Part shown: positions 16,501-23,639 of the stretch, piece after piece
Layout: each line of letters begins with the position of its first letter
How positions within the stretch are numbered: position 1 is the stretch's first letter
Assembly: GCA_021792115.1 (NCBI GenBank)
Contig: JAJYVI010000001.1
Span: forward strand, 1 to 34,496
Length of the DNA stretch: 34,496 nucleotides
Reading direction: 5' to 3'
Source of the DNA: Candidatus Micrarchaeota archaeon
GTDB taxonomy: Archaea > Micrarchaeota > Micrarchaeia > Micrarchaeales > Micrarchaeaceae
Notes under the pieces: generated by a model
Database searches by the model: none
Told to the model about the DNA's origin: nothing
Seen by the model: the letters and a program-made list of their open reading frames with translations, nothing else
Program-made: the position numbers and the translations under genes

Positions 16501-16903
16501 TTGAAGATATAGAGTTATAGATTAATACATTCATTACTGTTGCCTGCATTGCATTTATACTGAATCCAATAGTGTTATATGCAAGTACAGTTAATGAACT
16601 GTTGTAACTTCTAGTTCCATTATAAATAGATATATATGCAGAATATGGTAGGTAGCTGGATCCTGAAATTGCGTTTGCAAATTCTATTGTTGTAATTTGA
16701 CCTATGTCAAGTACAGTGTTTGAAACAAATGAGGTGCAAATTGTATTTGTAACTCCAGGAGCTAAAGAGGATGAAACTGGCGGAGGACATTGGCCAGAAA
16801 ATGGATTATTAGTACTATATGTGCTTGAAAATTGACTGATACTAAGCGCAAATAAAATTAAAATTATTTTAAATATTTTAACTATTCCGCATACCCCCAC
16901 CAC
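13583..16903 (-). CDS. Giant secreted/cell-surface protein (S-layer- or adhesin-like) with Ig-like repeats and a C-terminal TM anchor or sorting signal
   Basis: 1106 aa with a GTG start. Signal peptide 'IVKIFKIILILFALSISQFSS'. Pro hinge PPHPPPHPPPPPRPP. Five modules carry G-T-x-P-[YF]-x-x-x-W (GTSPYTYSW, GTGPFNAMLW x2, GGTAPYTYQW, GGTGPFSYNW). More than 25 N-x-S/T sequons by eye. The C-terminus is an S/T/N-rich linker, the hydrophobic helix 'VQIILIAIIVLFAILLVIIIFLT' and the basic tail 'CNNYASKKGKCIFIT'. Confidence 0.8.
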   Translation of the reverse strand: MVGVCGIVKIFKIILILFALSISQFSSTYSTNNPFSGQCPPPVSSSLAPGVTNTICTSFVSNTVLDIGQITTIEFANAISGSSYLPYSAYISIYNGTRSYNSSLTVLAYNTIGFSINAMQATVMNVLIYNSISSNALPQTLSSSPSSVLNFNFTNIAGNYSVRIYEKDSPPHPPPHPPPPPRPPSSITINALPDSYNYNIVINSALTPTSITSPLSIVTIDSGQSYPISISIPTTGTSPYTYSWSIANGYSCPGFSSPGNVTSFIYYPSTASSATCEFSATITDSATTPESYTVATPVITVNPAPIIYLSPSNILLDSNQIETYVLSVSNGTGPFNAMLWNVTGNRQMGSNVIIQLSGSNVVSFIVNSLTSANVFEFNAIAYDTGTAQPFIFNSLQNTIIVNNELNAAAVEPLTPIIDKGYSITLTANPVGGTAPYTYQWYTAPSAGNCSISDTLINGATSQIYTTPPLYINAYYCYIIIDSATSTTTAYSMTDYLTVKAAPSIFISATNALLDSGQIETINFTTDTEGTGPFNAMLWNVTGNRQMGSNVIIPSNEDYNSISFIVNSISSNTIQFNGILFDSITTYETPINSITISITVNSAPILSLNSIQNANLSNALSSSQPLSVIYGVLPSISANTVGGTGPFSYNWIITDPSGIQVFSENQIASFASSTSTAANSIIAENSRTLGGYFSVGNYILYLLANDIGTTTPYPYNDPINITVISNSLPAPLYSFSNSSGAAGTNSNGQYGSPYYTRDTFSFTGTKTLNNQSAWKLYVNGALYSTTSSQASWSTQGLPGTYILTFSNSGNANYTGNSITETLIVQQPASGLPPHSTIITPIIHLKVYHNITVSNSVYSNYLNISTVPFTINFTNEHIIFKLTSNNRTGKEVKVSIKNVTLSVQNITNRTYKKLIAFNFSTEQNITTNGLFVYPCNISNISVFRLVNKIWSKIASVQNPQTCTVSFLVPSDPIIGIFSKNPTFTSPSLSNITTKISSANILIIKNNLTAAINSISSNIIQKQINSTSNVIPISTELPANSVANTLIISSLASQSTGHTGSILSLSSAMSHVQIILIAIIVLFAILLVIIIFLTCNNYASKKGKCIFIT
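15247..15310 (-). repeat. Intragenic near-identical repeat, copy A (within the surface-protein gene)
   Basis: 64 bp match 15841-15904 with one mismatch; 56 bp (15255-15310) are exact. The offset is 594 bp, which is 198 codons. It encodes GTGPFNAMLWNVTGNRQMGSNVII. Confidence 0.9.
15841..15904 (-). repeat. Intragenic near-identical repeat, copy B
   Basis: See copy A. The exact 56-bp identity covers 15849-15904. Confidence 0.9.
16352..16396 (-). repeat. GC-rich micro-tandem repeat encoding the proline hinge PPHPPPHPPPPPRPP
   Basis: On the + strand it reads ...GGCGGATGGGGA GGCGGATGGGGA..., a 12-bp unit repeated twice and flanked by GGAGGCGGA variants. It is the only strongly GC-rich island in an AT-rich gene. 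Confidence 0.85.
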
Positions 16904-17254
16904 ATCTTTGCGCCTAAAAAATCATAGGTGCTAAATAAAGACATGGAACTTATCTCACACAACTTAATTTTCCCAACTTCCTTCTTAATAATTAATATTA
17001 GAAGTAAAACTATTTAATAATTAGTATTTAGTTAATGTTTTATAAAATAATTTCTAATTTGTAATGCTACGTAATAGTTTATATATATAATAAGTGACAT
17101 CCTCCCACCCGTAAATGGTGTGGGATTTATCGCTATGTAGAGTTAAGTAATAATTAGAGCTTAGCTATAACATAGATTAGATTATAGCGCATAGTACATA
17201 AGTAGGTAGATAGTAGTTGCACTGGCACATTGATATACTATGCATTATACTTTA

Positions 17255-19096
17255 TTATTCAAAGTCTTCCTGCTTTATGTTGTAATCATTGAGTAGCCTT
17301 TTTTTGCTGATTTTTGTAGGAGCAGAATCCAAAAGTGATTCTTGCTTGTGATTCTTTGGAAAGAGAATAAAATCCCGTATATTCTCGCTATTGAGCAGAG
17401 TTGATATAAATCTGTCAAGACCTAGAGCTATGCCCCCGTGTATTGGTGCACCATAAGATAATGCATCTATAAGAAACCCGAATGTGTTGGTTATTGCATT
17501 CTGATCCATTCCTATAACAGATAGAGATTTTTTTTGAAGCTCGGAATCATGTATCCTGATGCTGCCGCCGCCTATTTCTTCACCGTTGAGTACAATGTCG
17601 TACTGTCTTGCAATTACTTTTTCAGGCTCTGACTCAAGATATTTTTCAGTATCTTTTGTTGGAGCTGTAAATGGATTGTGAGCCGGCTTTAATTTGCCTG
17701 TAACTTCATCTTTGTCAAAAAGAGGGAAATCTGTAATCCATGCAAATGCGTATTCTTTATCGTATTTTTGCAATTTATCTCCAATAAGCTTTCTTAATTT
17801 TCCAAGCGCTTCGAGAAGCAAATTCTCTGATAGGTCAGATCCTATTATTATTATATCTCCGTCATGTAAATTCATTCTCTGCATTAAGATATCGCAAACG
17901 CTGCTTCCTATTGACTCTGAAATAGACATTGGATCTGATTCAATTTTATCATGCGCAACATAAAGCCATGTAAGACCTTTAAGCCCTAGCCCTTTTGCTA
18001 CCTCTATCAATTTCAGCATGTATTGCTTATTAAGCCTGCTGCTCCCTGAATTATCACTGAAATCAGCAGAAAATGCAACAGCTTTTACAAATCCATTGCT
18101 CTCTATAATTCTCTTTAGCACATTATAATTAGATGATTTCATCTCCTCTGTTATGTCAAATATTTGACTGTTGAATCTAAGATCTGGTTTATCAGACCCA
18201 TATTTTTCCATTGCTGTTTTGTATTGCAGCTCTGGGAAATCAATATTTGTATTGTTATTGAGCACCTGCTTAAATACCACTCTTATCAGCTCTTCTATAA
18301 GGCCTTTTATATATTTTTCATCCTTGAAACTCACTTCAATATCAACTTGCGTGAACTCAGGCTGCCTATCTATTCTCTGATCCTCATCCCTATAGCACCG
18401 TGCTATCTGAAAATATTTATCAATTCCTCCTACCATACAGAGCTGCTTATACAGCTGAGGCGATTGCGCAAGAGAGTAATATGTATTCTTAATTAACCTT
18501 GAGGGAACAAGAAAGGTCCTTGACCCTGTTTCATATGTGTCTTTAACAAGAGTAGGTGTTTCAAGTTCCATGAACCCATTATCCCAAAAATATTTACGTA
18601 TCTGCTTTGTAATTCTGTCGCGGAATTCAATGTTCTTTATCATTTGCCGCCTCCTTAAGTCTAAATACCTAAACTTCATACGCAAGTCCTCATTCGCAAG
18701 GCTTCTGCTTTTCTCATCAATAAGCTCGAATGGGGGCATCAATGATTTGTTTATTACCTCAAATTTTTCTACGAATATTTCAACATTGCCTGTAGTAATT
18801 GAGTTATCTACAGTATCCTCGTCTCTTTTCTTGACATTTCCGAAGACTTGTATTACATATTCCTTGCCTAATGTATCTGCAAGTTTCTTTACCTGCGACT
18901 CAAAAACTAGCTGGGTTTCACCGAACCTGTCGCTCAAATCTATAAACAGCTTTCCGCCATGATCTCTGATTCGCCTACACCAACCATAGGCTCTAACGTA
19001 TTTTCCTATAAAGGTTTCGTCCAGCTGCCCACAGTTTATTAATTCATAATTCAAAAAAAACACCGGTACACAATCAGTCTTATTTGCCTGCAACAA
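17255..19096 (-). CDS. aspS: Aspartyl-tRNA synthetase, bacterial type (with GAD insertion domain)
   Basis: 613 aa. 'FIDLSDRFGETQLVF'; motif 2 region 'QSPQLYKQLCMVGGIDKYFQIARCYRDEDQRIDRQPEFTQVDIEVSF', which is the bacterial CFRDED.R.DRQPEFTQ pattern rather than the archaeal FRAE type. A ~130-aa insertion precedes motif 3 'GGIALGLDRFISTLL'. Confidence 0.92.
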   Translation of the reverse strand: MLQANKTDCVPVFFLNYELINCGQLDETFIGKYVRAYGWCRRIRDHGGKLFIDLSDRFGETQLVFESQVKKLADTLGKEYVIQVFGNVKKRDEDTVDNSITTGNVEIFVEKFEVINKSLMPPFELIDEKSRSLANEDLRMKFRYLDLRRRQMIKNIEFRDRITKQIRKYFWDNGFMELETPTLVKDTYETGSRTFLVPSRLIKNTYYSLAQSPQLYKQLCMVGGIDKYFQIARCYRDEDQRIDRQPEFTQVDIEVSFKDEKYIKGLIEELIRVVFKQVLNNNTNIDFPELQYKTAMEKYGSDKPDLRFNSQIFDITEEMKSSNYNVLKRIIESNGFVKAVAFSADFSDNSGSSRLNKQYMLKLIEVAKGLGLKGLTWLYVAHDKIESDPMSISESIGSSVCDILMQRMNLHDGDIIIIGSDLSENLLLEALGKLRKLIGDKLQKYDKEYAFAWITDFPLFDKDEVTGKLKPAHNPFTAPTKDTEKYLESEPEKVIARQYDIVLNGEEIGGGSIRIHDSELQKKSLSVIGMDQNAITNTFGFLIDALSYGAPIHGGIALGLDRFISTLLNSENIRDFILFPKNHKQESLLDSAPTKISKKRLLNDYNIKQEDFE

Positions 19097-20390
19097 ATTT
19101 AGGCAATAAAATATTTAGCCTTGTTGAAATATACTTTGGGCTTGCATTATACTTTTTTGCGATTTGGCCTATTATAAAATTAAAAACTTTTGGATTATTT
19201 ACATAATCTTTTAACAGTTGCTTATTTTCTAATAGCATTGAATTTATTGCAGAGTCTATTAAACTTTCATCTATTTCAGAACTTGTTTCAATTGTTTTTC
19301 CTTGCTCTATGTCATTAATAGTTTCGCTGTTTATAAGCACATTCTTTGAAATTGCAATAAGCAAAGCCTCAAATTTTTCATCATCAAGAGTTTTATTATA
19401 CCTTTTAAGCACCTCAATGGCACTTATTACAATATTAATCTTGTACGTTCCTGCAAACTTATTTATAAGCTGGAGGGCATTCTTGTCAAACATTATTTGC
19501 TCAATAATGAGCTTCTCGCTTGCAGAGTACTTTTCTGCAAGCTCCTTTGCTATCTTATTCGTATAAGTCGGTTCAATAATCGGAAGATTCTTTATACTGT
19601 ATTCCCCTAGATCAGGTTCATAAATTATACCATATTCCTCGTCACTTTCTTTTTCCCTCATAGAAACTGTGATCATATTTGCTCCATCATACGACCTTGT
19701 CTCTTTATTTATTATTGCTCCGCTAGCCCTTGCTGCCTCTTGCCTTTTTATCTCAAACAGCGCTGCATTAATCATATCTTTCAGGCCTGTGATGTTTTTT
19801 ACTTCTACTCTTTCACCCTGGTTAGATACATTTACATCAGCTTTAAGCTCTGTGTTGATATCTATGCCAAGGTAATACAATATGCTTTTCAATTCGTTCA
19901 TGAATTCTTTCAGTTCATCAATATTAAAAATATCAGGCTCTGTCACTATTTCAAGTAGAGGCCTTCCTGATCTATTGAAGTCTATTAATGAATAATCTTC
20001 TTCATGCAGTATCTTTGCAGGATCTTCTTCTATCTGTATCCTGCGTATCCTTATCTTCTTTGAGCTCTGAAGCTCTATAAATCCGCCTTGAGAAATAGGG
20101 TTTGAAAGCTGTGTTATCTGGAATGATTTAGGTAAATCAGGGTAAAAATATACCTTGCGCTCGAAAGAGATTGTTTTTGCTATATCTGAATGAAGTGCAT
20201 TCGCCACTGACTTTGCAATCTCAAGAGCTTTTGCATTGAGCATTGGCTTTGATCCTGGAAACCCCATGCAGATAGGGCAGACAGACATGTTAGGCTCCTG
20301 TTCATTATATGCATTGCAAGAGCAGAAAAGTTTTGTCTTAGTTGGAATTGCGACATGAATCTCCAGTCCAATTTTTATTGCCTCCATCAT
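19080..20390 (-). CDS. gatB: Asp-tRNA(Asn)/Glu-tRNA(Gln) amidotransferase subunit B
   Basis: 'IGLEIHVAIPTKTKLFCSC', 'CPICMGFPGSKP' and the C-terminal YqeY-like 'FIIGQIAKKYNASP'. Its stop overlaps the aspS start by 17 nt. Confidence 0.92.
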   Translation of the reverse strand: MMEAIKIGLEIHVAIPTKTKLFCSCNAYNEQEPNMSVCPICMGFPGSKPMLNAKALEIAKSVANALHSDIAKTISFERKVYFYPDLPKSFQITQLSNPISQGGFIELQSSKKIRIRRIQIEEDPAKILHEEDYSLIDFNRSGRPLLEIVTEPDIFNIDELKEFMNELKSILYYLGIDINTELKADVNVSNQGERVEVKNITGLKDMINAALFEIKRQEAARASGAIINKETRSYDGANMITVSMREKESDEEYGIIYEPDLGEYSIKNLPIIEPTYTNKIAKELAEKYSASEKLIIEQIMFDKNALQLINKFAGTYKINIVISAIEVLKRYNKTLDDEKFEALLIAISKNVLINSETINDIEQGKTIETSSEIDESLIDSAINSMLLENKQLLKDYVNNPKVFNFIIGQIAKKYNASPKYISTRLNILLPKFVAGK

Positions 20391-21754
20391 ATAGATCCTA
20401 GATTATATTTGAATTGGTATTTAAATGAATTTTCCCAATTTTCCACGAAATCAAGCAATGAATAGTCCTCAAAATGGTCTGATATAAGCTGCGCGCCCAT
20501 TGGAAGGCCTTTATCATAATCATATGGAAATGACACGTGAGGAAAACCTGAAAGATTAGGCGGTATTGTTAGAATATCTAGCCCATAATTCTGCACAGGA
20601 GTTAAGCTATTGGCATCATCTATTTTAGGAGTCATAATTGGCATTGTAGGACTCAATATAAATCCTTGCCTAAGGATTTCTTTCATTTTTGCTATAAGAA
20701 GCCCACGCACTTTTAAAGCCTTGCTATAATATTTACTTTTAACGCTTGCTCCTCTTACAAACGTACCTAATATTATTCTCCTCTTTGCCTCTGTTCCAAA
20801 GTTAGACCTTGATTCTGTAAAGAAAGAGTTATAGTCTTTGGAGAATTCATTATTCTTCAATCCGTATTTAAATCCTGTGTAGCGCGCCAGGTTTGTAGAA
20901 GCTTCTGCCATCGAGATTATATAATAAGTCGGGATTGCTTTATCTAGCAGGTTGAAATCTATTGTTTTTATAGCAAAGCCCATGTTCTCCAGCTTTGACA
21001 CGAGGCCAGAAAAATGAGATTTTACGCTTTCATCAAGTAAATCATTTATTTGATTGATAATAAAAATTGTATTTTTGGCGCCTTTGCCTTCATCGCTCTG
21101 CATTTTTCTTTTCTCTATGTCAATGCAAGTAGAATCATAATTGTCAGGCCCTTTTATTATGTCAAAAACATATCTTATGTCCTTTGCTGACCTTGACATC
21201 AGCCCGATCTTGTCAAGCGAATTTGCATAGTCTATCAGACCATGCCTTGATACTGCGCCATAGGTAGGAGTGAAACCAACGACTCCGCAGAATGCCGAAG
21301 GTGCGGATATTGATCCTCCTGTTGATTCTGCTATTGCAATATGGTATTTCAAGACAGCAGTCGCAATTGCTGCTCCGCTGCTTGAGCCTCCTGCAACATA
21401 ATCCTCGTTAAAAGGGTTCCGTGGAGTCCTTTCTGAATTAAGCCCAAATGTACCAAACCCAAATTCATCCATGTTTGTTTTTCCAATAAAATCAAAATTT
21501 TTTGAAAGCATTCTTTCAACAACAGTTGCATTGAATGGCGGCAGATAAGACTTTAGAATTTTTGAATTTGCTGTTGTCTCAACATTTTTCACGCAGATAT
21601 TGTCCTTTACGCTAAATGGGTAATTTTGGCCTGATATCCTTGTTATGTTGAGAAATGCATTGAGCCTGCTGTTAATGTCAGATAGGTCATTAAAAAGTGA
21701 TTCTGCATAACCTGATTTTTTTTCCAATGAATAAAATTCCTCAATGCTATTCAT
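20387..21754 (-). CDS. gatA: Amidotransferase subunit A (amidase signature enzyme)
   Basis: Amidase signature 'GGSSSGAAIATA' and 'ESTGGSISAPSAFCGVVGFTPTYG'. There are ATGA overlaps with gatB (20387-20390) and gatC (21751-21754). Confidence 0.92.
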   Translation of the reverse strand: MNSIEEFYSLEKKSGYAESLFNDLSDINSRLNAFLNITRISGQNYPFSVKDNICVKNVETTANSKILKSYLPPFNATVVERMLSKNFDFIGKTNMDEFGFGTFGLNSERTPRNPFNEDYVAGGSSSGAAIATAVLKYHIAIAESTGGSISAPSAFCGVVGFTPTYGAVSRHGLIDYANSLDKIGLMSRSAKDIRYVFDIIKGPDNYDSTCIDIEKRKMQSDEGKGAKNTIFIINQINDLLDESVKSHFSGLVSKLENMGFAIKTIDFNLLDKAIPTYYIISMAEASTNLARYTGFKYGLKNNEFSKDYNSFFTESRSNFGTEAKRRIILGTFVRGASVKSKYYSKALKVRGLLIAKMKEILRQGFILSPTMPIMTPKIDDANSLTPVQNYGLDILTIPPNLSGFPHVSFPYDYDKGLPMGAQLISDHFEDYSLLDFVENWENSFKYQFKYNLGSI

Positions 21755-22032
21755 ATTTTCGGACCCACTATATAAAATCTGTGCGTTTTTGAATTCGCAA
21801 GTAGAAGATTAATATCATTGAATTGGGATTCAGAATCTTGTCTAAGTCTCTCATCAATATCTATAGGATGATAATACTCAACTATATTTCCTGTATCAAT
21901 TTGCTGTATTGTATCAAAATATTCTAGTACACTTTCTATGTCTTTCTTTATTCTTTCCTTTTCAGCATCTTGAAGCTTTATTCTGCAAATATGCAGAAGC
22001 CGTTCAAATTCCTGTTCGTCCATTAATACCAT
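21751..22032 (-). CDS. gatC: Amidotransferase subunit C
   Basis: 'EQEFERLLHICRIKLQDAEKERIKKDIESVLEYFDTIQQIDT' is GatC-like. I place the start at ATG 22032 (or 22023), because a TATA-like TTTTTATATTTTTA lies 12-25 nt upstream. The track's longer ORF (to 22152) adds a hydrophobic 40-aa leader. Confidence 0.75.
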   Translation of the reverse strand: MVLMDEQEFERLLHICRIKLQDAEKERIKKDIESVLEYFDTIQQIDTGNIVEYYHPIDIDERLRQDSESQFNDINLLLANSKTHRFYIVGPKI

Positions 22033-22178
22033 TCCCCAAAATAAAAATATAAAAATAATAAAGATAACAGATAGGATAAACAATAAAATAGAATTTCCAA
22101 GCGCTGTGACTTGTTTATATGTCACGTAGACAATGTACACTGCATGCAGCAATTTGTAGTTATAATATAAGTATAATA

Positions 22179-22655
22179 TTATGATTTAGATTTTTTAATA
22201 TTATGTTTTAATTTAAAAAAATAGAGAACTGCACTTGCTAGGCTTATAAGCCCTATGAATATTAGAAACAAGCCTAGGATGAATTTTATAAGATCAAGGA
22301 ATATTAGAAATCCGAAAGAGACTTGATGAGAGTAAAGTCTAAAATGTATCAGCAAAAGGCCGAAGAATATGAAGAGGACGCTGAAAAATGCACTTATTGA
22401 GAAATCTTCATAGTCAGAGACTACAAAGTATTTTGCTGTTCTTGCGTTTATATTGAATTTTGATTTGTCTTTTATCTTAAGAACAGCGACTGCAAAAAAT
22501 CCTGCGCCTAAACCTAAGAATAAGCCAACAACATCAAACCTGAACAAAATTCCAAATGCAAAACCTATAAAGAGCAATGATAAAAAAATTAGAATTGAAA
22601 TTTTGTTGCTTTCAGATCTCCTATAGCGTTCTGCATATATGCTCTTGTCTTTCAT
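22179..22655 (-). CDS. Small membrane protein (about 4 TM), function unknown
   Basis: 158 aa. Hydrophobic helices 'ISILIFLSLLFIGFAFGILF', 'GLFLGLGAGFFAVAVL', 'AFFSVLFIFFGLLLI' and 'LGLFLIFIGLISLASAVLYFF'. I recognise no motif. Confidence 0.5.
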   Translation of the reverse strand: MKDKSIYAERYRRSESNKISILIFLSLLFIGFAFGILFRFDVVGLFLGLGAGFFAVAVLKIKDKSKFNINARTAKYFVVSDYEDFSISAFFSVLFIFFGLLLIHFRLYSHQVSFGFLIFLDLIKFILGLFLIFIGLISLASAVLYFFKLKHNIKKSKS

Positions 22656-22661
22656 CTTTTA

Positions 22662-22871
22662 TCATTGTGACTTTTTAACATTACTTTTAACTGCATTTAG
22701 TGTTGCTTCAGCTGGCTTTGATTTATTGTTTGAGTTTTTTGATAGTTTTCTGTTACTTTTGCTATTTTTAAAGCATGTGCCTGAACAAAAATAACTTATT
22801 GTCCCTATCTTATTTACAAACATTAATCCCTTTCCTTCGCTAATTTCTTTTGAGCAATAAGAGCATTTCAT
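22662..22871 (-). CDS. rpl24e: 50S ribosomal protein eL24 (L24e)
   Basis: 'MKCSYCSKEISEGKGLMFVNKIGTISYFCSGTCFKN' is the L24e zinc-ribbon signature. Confidence 0.9.
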   Translation of the reverse strand: MKCSYCSKEISEGKGLMFVNKIGTISYFCSGTCFKNSKSNRKLSKNSNNKSKPAEATLNAVKSNVKKSQ

Positions 22872-22903
22872 AAAATCATTATGTTATGAGATTTAAGAAT
22901 TTA

Positions 22904-23143
22904 TTATTTGACCTTTATTTCCCTTGCTTCTCTGTTTGTATCAGGAAGCCTTATAATGTCCCCTGACTTGATTGGACCTACGACATTTCTCTTTATTATT
23001 CTATTTTTATCCTTGCCCTCAAGTATCTTGCATACTATAAAGTAGATTTCTCCATAAATGCCTGTCTTGGCGCGTTTTTCAACTTCAATTACTTCTGCAA
23101 GAAAGCCCTGAAAACGGTTTTCTGCTTCATTTTGTTCTGCCAT
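22904..23143 (-). CDS. rps28e: 30S ribosomal protein eS28 (S28e)
   Basis: 'AEVIEVEKRAKTGIYGEIYFIVCKILEG...IIKRNVVGPIKSGDIIRLPDTNREAREI' matches S28e. ATG 23143 is preferred over the track's TTG at 23152. Confidence 0.9.
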   Translation of the reverse strand: MAEQNEAENRFQGFLAEVIEVEKRAKTGIYGEIYFIVCKILEGKDKNRIIKRNVVGPIKSGDIIRLPDTNREAREIKVK

Positions 23144-23237
23144 CGTAATCAATCCACTTAATATTTATTTATTTGATAACTTATTTAATTTTACGAATTT
23201 AATTCTACGAATTTAACACGCAGTGGTCTGATAAAGA

Positions 23238-23606
23238 TTACTGCTTGCTTTTTCCTGTTATGAGAGAAATTATCTCTTTTATCTTGTCTGCTGCCTCTCC
23301 TTCTTTTTCGACTGAAACTGCAGTACAAGGCACATTTAAGCCTATTGATTTGCCAAGATCCTCTTTTGTTGCAATGTATGAATATGAAATCTTCTTTTCA
23401 TCACATAGCTTTGGCAGATGCATCACTACTTCTTCAGGCTGCACATCTTTTGCAATTACGACAAACTTAGCAAGGTTTCGTTCAATGCTTTTTGTCACTT
23501 CGTTAGCACCTTTCTTTACTGTTCCAGATGTGCTTGCAATCTTTAGTGCCTCTTGGGTCTTAGCCATTATTTCGTCGGATACTTCAAATTTTATATAAGA
23601 TACCAT
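23238..23606 (-). CDS. rpl7ae: 50S ribosomal protein L7Ae (eL8), K-turn-binding protein
   Basis: 'GTVKKGANEVTKSIERNLAKFVVIAKDVQPEEVVMHLPKLCDEKKISYSYI' is canonical L7Ae. ATG 23606 has SD GGTG 5 nt upstream. The track's GTG at 23621 lies inside the leader hairpin. Confidence 0.92.
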   Translation of the reverse strand: MVSYIKFEVSDEIMAKTQEALKIASTSGTVKKGANEVTKSIERNLAKFVVIAKDVQPEEVVMHLPKLCDEKKISYSYIATKEDLGKSIGLNVPCTAVSVEKEGEAADKIKEIISLITGKSKQ

Positions 23607-23610
23607 ATTA

Positions 23611-23639
23611 ACACCTATCACTTTTGGTCATTTAGATAT
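23611..23639 (-). promoter_or_regulatory. K-turn hairpin in the L7Ae 5' leader that sequesters the SD; candidate autoregulatory site
   Basis: The - strand RNA reads 5'-AUAUCUA-AAU-GA-CC-AAAA-GU-GA-UAGGUGU-3'. The 7-bp C helix (AUAUCUA/UAGGUGU, with 2 G.U pairs) contains SD GGUG. A 3-nt bulge (AAU) is followed by tandem sheared G.A/A.G pairs, a short NC helix (C.U, C-G) and an AAAA loop. The element ends 4 nt before the AUG. TATA-like TTATTTAAAG/TTTTAAAG lies at 23660-23677 on the - strand. Confidence 0.6.

Noticed and set aside
17078-17125. 22-codon mini-ORF on the - strand starting at the ATG inside GGGAGGATG of the GC-rich hairpin
   Set aside because: The SD-like GGGAGG directly abuts the ATG with no spacer. 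The peptide (MSLIIYINYYVALQIRNYFIKH) is low-complexity, and there is no supporting evidence.
17694-18962. + strand ORFs antisense to aspS. Similar antisense ORFs occur in gatB, EF-2 (26073..26669), mvk and the oxidoreductase (33766..34311)
   Set aside because: They are shadow ORFs opposite strongly conserved genes, with Ser/Leu/Ile/Phe-rich compositions typical of antisense frames in AT-rich DNA.
22033-22152. 40-aa hydrophobic N-terminal extension that would make GatC a membrane-anchored protein
   Set aside because: GatC homology starts only at about MDEQEF. A TATA-like element lies inside the extension, at the right distance for a short-leader transcript starting near ATG 22032/22023. I know of no precedent. 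It remains formally possible.
23192-23216. Short direct repeats considered as possible CRISPR or mini-repeat arrays: TACGAATTTAA x2 here, ATTAATACTTA x2 at 27441-27468, ATAACTTTAA x2 at 23655-23674, and the 21-bp x2 repeat at 29510-29551
   Set aside because: There are only two copies each. Units are 10-21 bp with spacers of 0-6 bp (tandem or nearly tandem), and no cas genes are present. These are AT-rich intergenic slippage or promoter-like elements, not CRISPR.
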